Below are positions 25,501 through 38,253 of a stretch of DNA of 64,000 nucleotides, one piece after another. Source of the DNA: Lytechinus pictus (lineage: Eukaryota); the NCBI RefSeq assembly GCF_037042905.1, contig NC_087245.1, positions 15,130,001 to 15,194,000 on the forward strand. Direction: 5' to 3'. How positions within the stretch are numbered: position 1 is the stretch's first letter; every line of letters begins with the position of its first letter. Made by a program: the position numbers and the translations under genes. The notes below the pieces were generated by a model. That model did not search any database and was not told the origin of the DNA. It saw nothing but the letters and a program-made list of their open reading frames with translations.

Positions 25501-26264
25501 TTGAGCTGATAGAGATACTTCAAAAGTTTGGCCCCTTTTTCACTGTTAGTATCCATTGGAATGGGACTAATTTATACATATGAAATAATTGCTAATTTAC
25601 ATAAATTAGCATATTTTGCATGAAGACGGGATTTTCAATAGCACGTTTGGTAGGGAAAATTAAAGCTATCGATCTGATAGAGATTTTCTTTAAGTTTGGT
25701 TTCTTTTTATTCCTTTTTACTAATTTTTACTATTCATGCATAAATTAACTGCTAATTTACATAAATTAACATATTTTTGCATGAAGACACAATTTTCAAT
25801 ATCATGTTTGATAAGGAAATTTAAAGCTATTGACCTGAAAGAGACTTTCCTAAAGTTTGGTATCTCTTTATTTACTTTTATTAATTAATTCCTATTGGCA
25901 TATGGCTGCATGCATAAATTACTGCTAATTCATATAAATTAGCATATTTTTGCATGAAGATACAATTTTCAACACCATGTTCTGTGAGAAAAATTAAAGC
26001 TATTGACCTGATAGAGACTTTCCTAAAGTTTGGTATCTTTTTTATTAACTTTTATTAATTAATTCCTATTGGGATATGGCTTCATGCATAAATTACTGCT
26101 AATTTACATAAATTAGCATATTTTTGCATGAAGATGCAATTTTCAACACCATGTTCTGTGGGAAAAAATGAAGCTATTGACCTAATAGTGACATAGGGAA
26201 AGTTTGGTGCTTTTGTAAACTCTGTCCCCAAAACGTCAAATTATGGGCCTAAGGCCCCTGACTA
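22539..26264. mobile_element. 3.7-kb non-autonomous element with TAG..CTA ends and 3-bp TSD (Academ-like)
   Basis: att|tagtcaggggccttag...ctaaggcccctgacta|att; further inverted match ttttggggacaga/tctgtccccaaaa; subterminal tandem repeats in both arms. Confidence 0.7.
23712..25053. mobile_element. Two related ccgaat-rich MITE copies in inverted orientation, nested in the Academ-like element
   Basis: Ends agggtaacaccaaaaccaaattctccca / tgggagaattcggttctcgtgtaaccct; ~23820-24030 is the reverse complement of ~24255-24465. Confidence 0.65.
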
Positions 26265-28059
26265 ATTGTATTTGTATATCGGGAAGAATTTTTCTTTCTC
26301 ACATTTTTTTCTTTCCTTCTTTTTCCCGTTTTCTTTCCGTTTTCCCTTTTTATTTTTTTCTTAGTTTTCTTTTCCCTTTCCCTTTCCCCCGTTCCTCTTT
26401 TTTCCCTTCCCTTCCCTTTCCCTTTCTTTCTCCCCTTTTTTCTTTTTCCCGTTTTTTAAAATTTTCCCGGTGAACTCCGCCAGGGGGGGGGGGCAGCTTG
26501 CCCCTATATTCCCCCCGCCTGTTACGCCACTGTTCGGGTCTAAACCTCAAAAGAACTCCCGCTTCAATTTGCAATAATATTTTGTTGGATATATATCTTG
26601 TTCTTTATTAAAAACGTCCATTTAATCAACTGTCAATTCAAATTGAAAATATCAAAATTTTCAGCTCGCGCTCGCATATTTGTACTTTTAGTTTTAGATA
26701 CCCATCTTAATCATTAATGCTCAGAATATCAAGCTTTCAGGTCAAAATATAAAGAAATTTCAGCTCGCTCTCGGCACTCGCATTATTTGTGTTGTGAGAT
26801 ATGTATCCTCATGAGTTACTACAAACAGTCCTAAACAGGTACCTTTTTCCTGTTTTCAGGTCAGTATACTAAAAAAAAATAGAAGCTCGCGCTTCGCGCT
26901 CGCATTATAATTTGTTGATTCGATATGTGTCTCTTTCTTATGGGTCATATACATACATAAAATTATATAAGCCTATGTGTGTATGTGAGTTGTGCGATCG
27001 AGCGCCTTTGGAACGTTGATTCATGATTTTGCCCCCCCCCCCCCATCTGAAAAATGGATCGACGCCCCTGTTGGTGGTGGGTGAAGTATATCATATAGGG
27101 AGGGTAATTTGAAATAAAAAGTTGCAAGGCAGCCTGTAGGGATCATTGAATTATACTCGCACTTAAAGAGAGCATGTTATTTTGGAAGCTAGAGAGTGTT
27201 TAGCGAGAAAATTTTCGAATTTGAATAATCAAAAACTTTGATTTTAGAGCACTTGACGGAATGAATGAAATAAATAAATATTTATGCATAAAGGACCTAC
27301 ATGAAGGCTTTATATATTTTTTCTTTTCATCGTGGTCAACTTTTTGGGGGGGGCTTGAGCGATTTTTTTTTGGGGGGCGGCTTCAGTCCCCAAAGCCCCC
27401 GCCCCTGAAACACGCCTGGGAAGGAGGGGGGCTCGGGGAGAAGTGCAGGAAACGGAGAGAGGAAAAGGAAGAGAAACCGGAGAGGGGGAACAAATGAAAT
27501 GACACGGGGGAATTAAAGGGAGTATGTTGAAAAAGGGAATTAAGCACTATCCCGGGAGCCTATATGCATGCTGTTGAATGCAGGGGCAGATCCAGGATTT
27601 TCCAATAGGGGGGGGGGGGATTTTCCCGGGGAAAATTTGACAAGCAAAAAAAAAAGAAAATTAATTGTGCCTCTCAAAAGGGGGGGGGGGCACGCCTCCT
27701 GGATCCGCCAGCTAGTCATGCTTGAGAATATATATCATCTTAAGGCGGTCCTCTTATCAAAGGTTTATTTTTCTTCGATAAGGGAGATAAGTGGAAGGGA
27801 GAGGAGTGAAATAAGGAAAAAAAGAACGAGTTTATACCAACGTACATGTATATTCGCTCCCCGGACTCGCTCTCCCGACTTTTGCTAAAAAACTATTATT
27901 TTTTTGCAGATTTTGTTAGATTTTCACTGTTTTAATTGCTTGTTGAATCTTACTCTATTAATTTAGATATAAGTAATTTTCAACCCGGAATACTAATTTT
28001 ATAACGTGTTATAAAGTCGAGGGAATTTTGATTTCGGGGGGGGGGGGGGACAAAATAAA

Positions 28060-28179
28060 TTGGGCCGGCTAGCCAATCTGGGGGCCGGGCTAGTCTCGAT
28101 ATCGCTCGATCGTCGATCACAATTCAAGCGTCAATTTCAGTCCAGCTCTCCCGTCAAGGATCGCTGAATAATTTTAAGA
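28060..28179 (+). promoter_or_regulatory. Putative SNX17 proximal promoter/5' UTR
   Basis: CpG-rich stretch with a CCAAT box (agccaatc, ~28071) directly upstream of the ATG. Confidence 0.4.
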
Positions 28180-28239
28180 ATGCATTTCTCAATTCCCGAC
28201 ACGCAAGAATGCAAAGACGAGCATGGATCGAGTTATAGG
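28180..28239 (+). CDS. SNX17: SNX17 coding exon 1
   Basis: ATG CAT TTC TCA ATT CCC = MHFSIPDTQECKDEHGSSYR, matching the SNX17 N-terminus MHFSIP; |gtaaga donor. Confidence 0.93.
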
Positions 28240-28605
28240 GTAAGAAAATTAGTTTATTTTTTGTTGAGACCATTCCGCCATTATCAGCAGTAAGCCTCGA
28301 CTTTACAGTTTACGGGTTAGTGGGAGGTTTCCCCTTTTCTCGGGTTCAACAGTGTAGTCCCATTCATTGTTTTGTGTGTGTTTGTTTTTGTCCTGTGCTG
28401 TGGGAGATAATTCACGCCCACAATTCCAATCGGCGCTAATGCAGTTTCGCACCACTCCACTAAAATGTCCCCTCCACTAAAATTAAAAAAAGAAAAAAAA
28501 TGGAGAACGTTTATTAAGTTGTATCTAACATATATCTAAGAGATTTAGAAAGAAAAATTTGGATTGCGGAGGCAATCGTAAACTCTTAGTCTTACCAAAG
28601 AGGTC

Positions 28606-29130
28606 GCATGACATTGCTACGACAGCTACAGTGGCCCACCCTTGAAGAGAGAAGAGCCCAGTTCAAGGTGGTGATGGTTTATCGCTTGGTAAACACAATT
28701 GTTGATGTACCAAAGGTACAGTACTTCAACCAGGCTGCTACTTCCACTTCGCTTCGTGGTCATCAGATGAGGTTACACGTCCCACATGCTCGCACTGTTA
28801 CTTATCAGAAAACTTTTATTCCCGATGCCAGGCATTAGACTGTGGAATATTCTCCCTGCCATTACAGTTAACTGCACTTCAGTAGCCAGCTTCAAGGCTG
28901 AGGTGCAGAAAATCCAATTGCGCTAAGACTGCGCATATTTTTTTTTTTTTTTTATTATTTTTTTTTACAAGTACGATAATACACCAACCTGGTGGACTGT
29001 ACTTAAACGGATGATGATGACTAACCGAAATAGACGCACTGCCAGTCGCACTGCTACCCGAATTTGTTTACGATTATATTTACCTTCTCTACAACAGCGT
29101 GGTGATTGCGGAGGCAGTCGTAAACTCTTG
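28606..29130 (+). mobile_element. 5'-truncated LINE (CR1/L2-group) 3' end
   Basis: LQWPTLEERRAQFKVVMVYRLVN...LRGHQMRLHVPHARTVTYQKTFIP then (frameshift) RLWNILP...SVASFK, a typical ORF2 C-terminus. Confidence 0.75.
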
Positions 29131-29245
29131 CTTAAGATGTCGCAGCTAGAGATCATTCCTAAAGAACATTAATATTTTAAATCGCTAGCACCTAAATTTA
29201 AAATATAAAAAAAAACATGTTCCAACGATCAGTCATTATTATTAA

Positions 29246-31794
29246 GCCTGAGTCATATCGATTATTTTGAAAACCGGTGTTCGACAGCTTTAATTCGATC
29301 GAACATCGATGCATCAAAATTTGAAGGCGGGGAAAATCAAGTCATTTTTTTTGCTCCGGCCGGCCGTCGATGCATGCGATATGCAAGCATTACATGCCTG
29401 CACTGATTGTCTGCGCTGACGACCGGGTGAGCGTTGCAAAAGCAGATAACAGAGCAAAGATCGTTTGTATTTTCCATGATCACAAAACACAAAAAAGGCC
29501 GGGGAGCAATGCAGAATTCTTCCCAAAATATCTTCAACAATGATATTTGCAGATGATAACATATAAGTTTAAAATGAAACAATATGAAAGACATGAATCA
29601 CGCAGAGTCGATCCGAATGATTTTCGGTCAACTAGCATTCGCAGTCCAGACTCGCACACACCACCCCGTCCGCAGCCCCTTACACTCACTCTCCCGAAAC
29701 GACAGGCGTGCTTGCCAGCGCCATCTAACAAGTGCAAACAGCGGGGAGAGCGCTGTAACTTGCCTGAGATTGTGTAGTTGGCGGGGTAGTTGGATCCAAA
29801 ATTAGCTCCAAATAAATTGATGGGAATAAATACGTAATTTTCTCTGGATGGTCATTTGAATTGGTATTCAATGCTGATATAACGATATATATAGAGCGAT
29901 GTTCGAGACTTAATAATCCTGATAATGATAATCCATTTTTTTAAACACAAGAGCTTGTGATCGAAATAAATACGAATGTCTCGGATCGAGCTCTAAATTC
30001 ATATAAATTATTATTGGATGTTAAATAATTAAGATTTAATAAGATTTTATGGCCATACTAAAAATATTGATGATGTCAGCAAAGTATGTTGTGTTCATAT
30101 GGAAGAATTCATTAATATTATTATACTGGCATTATTTTTATTTTTTATTCCATCTCTGGACGTCTCTGAGCTCCGAGAAAAGAAGCACAATGCGCATGCG
30201 CGTTCGATGACGTCTGACATATTTTCTATTCATGAAATCAGAGCCAAAAGTTGGGCACAAACGAGCTTCAAATTGATGCGAAAAAAATATCAAACATAAT
30301 TTTTCTCTGTTTTGTCATGTAAAATATTATTATATGGTGATATTACGATCTTCAAAAGAGTTTCTACATGTTGACAATGTTCGATAATCAATCCTGACGT
30401 GCATTATTTTTTTAGACAAGTGCACTCACTCAAGTCGATCGTCATGTGATGTCCGCCATTTAAAATTGAAACGAAATACAAACGTTTCACATCAAGCTCT
30501 AAATTCATATTATACAAATAATGCATGCAGCCGAGTGCGTTAGTGGAAATGCAGAGCACGCGAGGCTTCTTTAGATAGATGCCGCACTGTGCACGAGCCG
30601 CTGGCGGCGAGTGCCCAGTGTGCACCATCTGAAGAAACCGAGCTTTCTCTGCATTTACTTTTACGCAAGACAGAGCAAGTGCATTATTTGTTTTATAAAA
30701 TAGCAACACAGAAACAAATTCTTGAAAAGTTACAGTACAGTTTTGTTGGACTTCTACCGCACTGGTTTGCTTGAGCGTGCAATGTCAATTTTCGTTGCGC
30801 GCCTTTTGCACTGCCGTGCAGTGCACCAAAAAAGTTGGATGTCATGTGACGCGTATTGGCCAATCGCGATGCTTGAAATAATACACCTATTTTATAATAA
30901 TGATTATCATATGCAAATTATTGTTAAATATTACGATTAAATCATGTTCTATGGTCATGATATTAATATTGTTCATGAAAGCAAGATTTACTTTACGTTG
31001 ATCACGTCAATTTTCCGGCCATTTTCTGATTTGATTAAAGCACAGTACTGCGCATGCACGATCAATGGCGACTTCCATTCATAAATTCATCGTGCATAAA
31101 TTATCTCGGCACGAGCAGACGAGCCGGGCAGACGAGTAAGACTCGATCGAAATAAACTTCAAATTAATGGTGAATAGGCATCATAATTACACAATCGGTT
31201 TCATTTTGGGGGCAATATAAATGAAGTAAGTAGTAGTCAAGTTGGATATTATACAAATAATGCATGCAGCCGAGTGCGTTAGTGGAAATGCAGAGCACGC
31301 GAGGTTTCTTTAGATAGGTGCCGCACTGTGCACGAGCCGCTGGCGGCGAGTGCCCAGTGTGCACCATCTGAAGAAACCGAGCTTTCTCTGCATTTACTTT
31401 TACGCAAGACAGAGCAAGTGCATTATTTGTTTTATAAAATAGCAACACAGAAACAAATTCTTAAAAAGTTACAGTAACAGTTTTGTTGGACTTCTACCGC
31501 ATTGGTTTGCTTGAGCGTGCAATGTCAATTTTCGTTGCGCACCTTTTGCACTGCCGTGCAGTACAGTGCACCATAAAAGTTGGATGTCATGTGACGCGTA
31601 TTGTCCAATCGGGATGCTTGAAATAATACACCTATTTTATAATACTGTTTATTTTGATGTTTGATTGTGTGAACCAAATGAATCGCCCGGCCGAAGTTTT
31701 TTTTTTTTTTTTCGATGCACCGATTTTGCAAAATCTGCACCGGCGTTCGATGACATCGATCGAACACCGATTTTAAAATCGATTCGACTCAGGC
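29246..31794. mobile_element. 2.5-kb non-autonomous TIR element with internal ~395-bp direct duplication
   Basis: ttaa|gcctgagtcatatcgat...atcgattcgactcaggc|ttaa; 30507-30899 is repeated at 31246-31644. Confidence 0.7.
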
Positions 31795-32365
31795 TTAATT
31801 ATTATGTTGGAGACTTCTGTTCAATTTTATTTGCATTTGCGACAGAGTCAAGAAGATGCGTCTTTTATATTTCTTGTACTTCTAGGAGAGCAAGAAATCA
31901 TTGATAATAATAATTCTAAATCGCTCCTTCAAACAGCATGTTCAACTAAATTTTATTTGCCTCCGCTTAAGATAAGATCAAAACAAATCATTTACTTCCT
32001 CTTCCTCCGATTATGTCGGAGATCAAAACAAATCATCATCATCTCCTCCTCTTCCGCTAATATCGGAAATCAAAACAAATCATAATTTTCTTCTCCTTTA
32101 TCACTTTCCTTCCACCGCTTTTGTCCGAGATCAAAACAAATCATCAGCGCATTTTGACGACCAACGTCGTGAAGACTTCGCTCGGAGCTTGTTTATTTAC
32201 AGGAATAGCGCTCTGCCGCAATGCATGTCACCACATGTTTTTTGTCTTGTTATGTTTTGGTTTTTCTGACCCGATTTTTTTCCCACTCATGAAAAATCAA
32301 AGTTCAGAAAAAATGTAGAAAAAATCGGATGGGGAATTGCATTAAAAATCGGTTACAACATCAAA

Positions 32366-32960
32366 TCATTCCCAAAGGTGACTGTGCCATACTTTATTCC
32401 AGAACTTATCAAGCTTGGCTTTGAAGGAGTTTACAGATACAGCAGAGACAACTTCATTTGGTAGTGAGTTCCAGTCATGCACTATTCTGGCTCTGAAGGC
32501 ATTTGCTCTTACATCCAGTCTGTTTCTTTTCTTGAAGAGTTGAAATGGGTGACCGCGGGTTGCCTCAACAGTAATAATAGACGAGAAGAACATATCCTTG
32601 TCAAGCCATTCGATTCCATGCATTACTTTATAAGTCTGGATCATGTCACTTCTCATTCTGTATTGCAGGGATGGTAGTTTTAGGGCTCGAAGTCTGTCTC
32701 CATAATCTAGCATTGCCAAGGATGGTATGAGTTTTGTTCCTCTTCTTTGTACTTTCACAATCTCTTTCATGTCTGTCTTGTGCCAAACTGCATTCCCATA
32801 TTCGAGGATTGGTCGCACAAGACCTTTGAAGAGTTTTGGAATTGTATCCCTATCCCTGGTGAGGAAGGTTCTCTTATTGATTGCAAGTACTCGGCTAGCT
32901 TTCATGACAGCTGAAGCAACGTGTGTGGAATATCAGTTCCGAATTCACGATAATGCCTAG
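32366..32960 (-). mobile_element. CR1-type LINE ORF2 C-terminal fragment (decayed)
   Basis: LFKGLVRPILEYGNAVW...KVQRRGTKLIP...YGDRLRALKLPSL...TRGHPF...RIVHDWNSLP; continues at ~35387-35490 (YSLDGTALEEKSEERDL). Confidence 0.85.
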
Positions 32961-35386
32961 GGGCCTGTTGCATGACGAGATGAGCGATACATAGGAACGT
33001 CCTAGGACCATTCTTCCGAGATAGGAAGATTGGCGACAAATCAGCGCTTTCCGTTTCACGAAGGCAATTTTGTCTTTCAAGTCTTCATCGTCACCTGAAC
33101 TTTTTATTTCGGAATGACGACTTTTCATAAAATCATATATTTCAATAAAAGGGGATCAAATAATGTTTTATTTATTACTGATTGTAGAATTGATGTATGG
33201 AGCGTACTTTATGAGGTAAAAGAGAAAAAACTTTCAAGATTCACAAACATAACTGGATAAAATCAAAATTTTCATTATTTCCCTTAGAACACGGTGTCCT
33301 TTTAGAGACACCTTTCATTGATATTTCAACGAAAGAGACCCTTGTCCAACATAATTGATTTAACTAAGTAATTTCGACATTTTATTAGTTCAATATACTA
33401 ATTTTTTATAAAATACATTTATATAATGATGATTTTGCAAATTATGCGTTAATATGTTATCTGTTGACTAGTTGAGGTAAAAATAGGGTTTGAATGGAGT
33501 AAACAAAATCAACAGTGTCTGATTGTATGAGACTAAAAAGGAAAATATGAGAGGCTGCCTGTGAAAAATCTAATTTATTTATTTCATTTGTCAGATATAA
33601 CACAAGAAATACAAATGTGAGTGTTTAGAGTATAAACATACCTCAGTTGCATGATGAGTAACCAAAGACAAGGAAAATATGAAAATTGCTGCAAGTGGAT
33701 AAAGTAGTGCTTTGCAATAACAATTAAAACATAGAAAAAGGTGTGTAATCTGCAATGGAAAAAATACTATTGACAGAAATAATGCTAAATATTACAATGA
33801 TCATAAACGTTGGTCATCTTTAAAGTTGATCACTTAATTTATGAAAGCTTATATAAGAATATAAGGTTTAAAGGTCAAGTTCACCTCAGAAAAATGTTGA
33901 TTTGAATCAATAAAGAAAAATCAGACAAGCACAATGCTGAAAAGTTCATCAAAATCGGATGTAAAATAAGAAAGTTATGACATTTCAAAGTTTCGCTTAT
34001 TTTTAACAAAATAGTTATATGAACGAGCCAGTTACATCCAAATGAGAGAGTCGATGATGTTACTCACTCACTATTTCTTTTGTTTTTAATTGTTTTAATT
34101 ATACAATATTTCAATTTTTACGAATTTGATGATTAGAACCTCCTTGCCTGAAGCACAAAATGTTAAAATAATGGAATTCCACGTGTTCAGGGAGGAATGA
34201 AACTTCATTTCACATGACAATGACGAGAAAATCAAAATATTTCACATTTCATATAATAAGATACAAAAGAAATAGTGAGTGAGTGATGTCATCAGTTCCC
34301 TCATTTGCATACCAACCGAGATGTGCATATAACTGTTTTGTGAAATGAAGCGAAACTTTAAAATGTCATAACTTTCTTATTTTACATCCGATTTTGATGA
34401 AATTTTCAGTGTTATGCTTGTTGAATTTTTCTCTTTTTATTCAAATCAAGTTTTTGTTGGGGTGGACTTGTCCTTTAAGAATATAAAAAATATATATGTT
34501 CAACATTTCAAAGTTGAGGAGTAGAGACTACATTATTGCTTTAACATTACATAGGGGCCGAAAGGGGCCTACCCTATGATTTAAAATGCGCCTCTTCATA
34601 TGGACTTTCCATAATCTTTTCTTTAATGAACTAGCTTATCTTCATTTGTAATAATTGTGATGGATTCGTAAGCTATAGGCCTAATCTGTATCTTAAATTC
34701 AATTAGCTATTTTGTTAAGTACTGCAGATTTTTTGCTTTGTTTCACTGTTTCACATCTCAAGTTAGCCCAAATCCGACAATTAATTTTTATTGATTAAAA
34801 TTAATCTCAGCAAAAAAAAAATAATTATAATGAAAATGAAATAAAAATAAATGAATGATTTACCATGTTTAACATTTTAGTTTTGTATCATGTTTTTTTT
34901 TGCTGAACGTTATAAACACGTTTTTTACCTTACTTAATTTCTTTTAAAGAAATTTGTTTTCATGTTGTTTAATTATCTATAATGAGAAAGCATGAGGGGT
35001 CAGAGAGATAGTGCCGCCCATTTCGATATTTAAAAAAAAATTAATGGAAATGGTGTGGGGATAGGACGGAGAATAAAAGAAAACATATAAAAAAAAATAT
35101 TTGGGCCTACATTACCCCCGCACATAAAGTCCGGAGAAGTTAAAATGACATCTGTTTTTGTTCGTCTTGCCGTGCAAAAAGACGACCTGAAATTGATGAC
35201 AACTAGCCCCCATATAAAAAATAACTTGGCGCCATCCCAGATAAAATGCATCAGTGTGCAACCCAAAAAAATGTTTAAAGGTGATATGTCAGTGTGGCTT
35301 GCCGTAAACGCATTTTCTCTCAGTTGGGCGATATCTCGTTCTTACGTAGAATGGTTCTACGAAAGACCCTTTTATGCAACAGGCCC
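32961..35386. mobile_element. 2.4-kb TIR element (Harbinger-like, 3-bp TSD) interrupting the CR1
   Basis: tag|gggcctgttgcat...atgcaacaggccc|cag. Confidence 0.7.
33872..34474. mobile_element. TTAA-flanked Kolobok-like MITE, full copy
   Basis: ttaa|aggtcaagt...gacttgtcct|ttaa; long TIRs. Confidence 0.8.
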
Positions 35387-35707
35387 CAGGTCTCTTTCTT
35401 CTGACTTTTCCTCAAGAGCAGTTCCATCAAGGCTGTAGTTGTAATGCAGGCTGTTTCTCTCATGTTTACATTGCATTGACTAGTGCACTTGATTGGTGTC
35501 AGCACTTGATAGGTGAATGAACTTTCTTAGATTGCTTGTGTGGAGAAATCTTTGAAAACTGAGACAGTCCCTGTAAACTGGGGCGATCCCAATGTTCTGA
35601 CCAGCGCCTCTACTGAATGTGGCTTTAGTTTATTCCATTGAATTATCAAATGTGTGCAATTCCCAATGCTGGTATCGGTTCATTTAACTTAGTTAGGTAG
35701 ATTCTAT

Positions 35708-36238
35708 ACTAACGTGTGCTTACTCTCCACGGAACCAGGGATTGCGTCCCATTTATGTGCGTGTACCACAAAAAACTGAAATGTTTGCCATCGAGATTTC
35801 TACTTTCCTTTTAAAAGATCTAGGGCCTAGCCCTAAATCATGATGTAAATGGGATACAAAAGTTCTTCATTTCTGACATTTTGAGTCTATGTGATATTGA
35901 TTTGATTTTTAAACAAAAAGTCATTCCTTCGCCAAGCTACGAGACGCATATGAGGATATGCGTCTCGTAGCTTTGTAAAGAACAGAGAACAAGATGGCGA
36001 CGTAAACATCAGCAAGTTTTTTCCCCGTCTTCTCAAAATATTTTTCTTGGTTTTTAATGAATTTTTTTTATAAAATGAAATATCGTATAAATTTCGGAAA
36101 TGAAGTTGTATCCCATTTACATGATTTAGGGCTAGATCTTTCAGGAGGAAAGTAGAAATCTTGGGGGGAATTCTTTTTTTTTTTTGGTGGTACACGCACA
36201 TGAATCCCTGGCTACTTGGAGACTAAGCATACGTTAGT
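35708..36238. mobile_element. Foldback/palindromic MITE
   Basis: Inverted arms (~35708-35880 vs ~36090-36238) with an internal perfect 18-bp stem at 35934-35973. Confidence 0.6.
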
Positions 36239-36903
36239 GAATGATTATTACTCTCTAGGAGCCTCCTGGGCTTAATCAGAAAATCTGGGCTGAAAAAAAA
36301 AACAATGAAAAACAAAAAGTCAGAAAACAGGGAAATACATAAGAAATTTTTAAAAACAATAGAATACATAAGGAAAAATTATTGTGATACCAAATTTTCT
36401 TTAAAGATTATTTGATCAGAATCCTACAAAGAGCCTGTGAATATAAAGATATTAGTTTGGGGTCCATATTTAGTTAAATAGAGCAACTTTAAACTTTATT
36501 ATTAAATTTACGAAATTCTATTATTAAATTAGCATAGATAAGTAATAATTAAAAAAAATCGATTATTTTGGAAAAATTAACTGTACAGTCATGTAGATCA
36601 TGTCGTACACTACCACTTTGCAAATTTTTGTGGAGTTCACGCGATCATTGGCCAGGGCAGGTGCCTCCTGATCCACCTGCTCCGCCACCCCTACCCTATG
36701 TCATACATACTGATGCCAATTTTTATTGTGAGCCCCCTTTGAAATAATATTATGTACACTATTAGCTCTATTGTTAAGCTTTAAAATGAGATTTCAACTA
36801 CATGTAGCTGATAGGACCAGGGATTGGTGATTTACATTCTGTTTTAAATGCTTTGTACTTCCATAGGTTTGTACACAGAATTAGAAAAACTGGGTGATAT
36901 TTA

Positions 36904-37542
36904 CAGTTGAGGCCAAAAGTTTACATACACCCATGGAATTCAGTGAAATTTGTTCGCTTGCCAAACATCGTAAAATTTTCAGAATCTTCAGAAATATAAA
37001 TACTACCATGACAAATATGGTATCAAATAAAAGAGCATATTAAGCTCTTTCACATGATTGTGATGCCGTTGGGAGTATATTTCAGGGGGAATTTTCTTTG
37101 AAGAAAAAAGTAATACTCGTGCCAAATCTATTCTATTGTTTGTTATTATATTTTAAAACATTTTTTCATAAAATATATATAAATGTCAAATTTATGATTA
37201 TATTACATTTTCTATCATGATATGTCACAACTGAACAAAAACGTGTAATCTGAAATGTTTGTGTTAAGAATTAACTAGCAAAAATATGAAATGTTTTGTC
37301 AAGTCTTGATTTTTAATTTGCCTAAAATATGAAAATTGGGGGGGGGGGCGAATGACACCTAAATATTTTCAGCTCCTGATAACAAAGCAATGTGATGATG
37401 GGGCATGACATATTCATCTGTTTGATATCAAATTCATCATGATAGCACATATTTTATAAGATACAGTAAATGTTATGATGTTTGGCAAGTGTCAACTTTT
37501 CTTTGAATTTCCTGGTTGTATGTCAACTTCTAGCCTCAACTG
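36904..37542. mobile_element. Tc1/mariner-type MITE
   Basis: ta|cagttgaggccaaaagtttacatac...gtatgtcaacttctagcctcaactg|ta. Confidence 0.8.
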
Positions 37543-38025
37543 TATATATAGCAATTAAGGCCCAGTTAGATCCAAACAAGGAAGAGTTTTAGGTTTCCAT
37601 CCATTCTTACACTGAATAATTGTCAGTGCCATTTTCCTATTGAAATTAAAAATAAAAATCAAATTATCTGGAAATAAAGGAAAAAACAACAATCCTTTCT
37701 CTTCCTGACACAGTGCGACGTCACGTTCATGTAGTTCAGGGTGTTAACATTTTTGTTAAAGCCTATTGTTGAAACCTGCTAATTTGACTTCGGCCAAAAT
37801 GAGTTGAATTCAAACAAGTGCCATTATATCAGTACAGTGTAGACCACAAGCTATTAATAGTAGATTTGTACATGTATGCTCTAAATGCTTTATACCCCTG
37901 CTCTAAAGAAATTCTATGGCTCTGATTTACACCAATCAAGTGGAATCACTCATTTTCCTTGATGTATCAATATATATGTGAAAAATGCCCTTCCAACTGT
38001 AATTCTGGCTTCACTTTCCGTTCAG

Positions 38026-38224
38026 GTTTATAACGTCCACGTGAATGGGGTCTTCCACTGCTCGGTTCGCTACTCGCAGCTCCATGACTTTAATGAACAA
38101 GTAAAGAAGGAATTTGGCAACAGCTTTACGGGATACCAGAAATTTCCCCCCAAGAAGTTCCTATCCCTCACCCCTGCTCAGACAGAGGAAAGAAGGGAGA
38201 AGCTTGAAAAGTACATACAGATCA
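38026..38224 (+). CDS. SNX17: SNX17 exon 2 (PX domain)
   Basis: ttcag|; VYNVHVNGVFHCSVRYSQL...FPPKKFLSLTPAQTEERREKLEKYIQ; A|gtaagt. Confidence 0.95.
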
Positions 38225-38253
38225 GTAAGTTAAAGTGTCTACATGTAGATCAG

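Noticed and set aside
30404..31448. Two near-identical minus-strand ORFs (MLLFYKTNNAL...) as a small gene family
   Set aside because: They arise from the internal direct repeat of a non-autonomous element; no splice or domain evidence, and they diverge at the repeat boundary.
31975..32145. Four agatcaaaacaaatca repeats with variable spacers (CRISPR-like look)
   Set aside because: Repeats are ~17 bp, spacers are related low-complexity pyrimidine tracts of uneven length, the context is a eukaryotic intron and there are no cas genes; a minisatellite.
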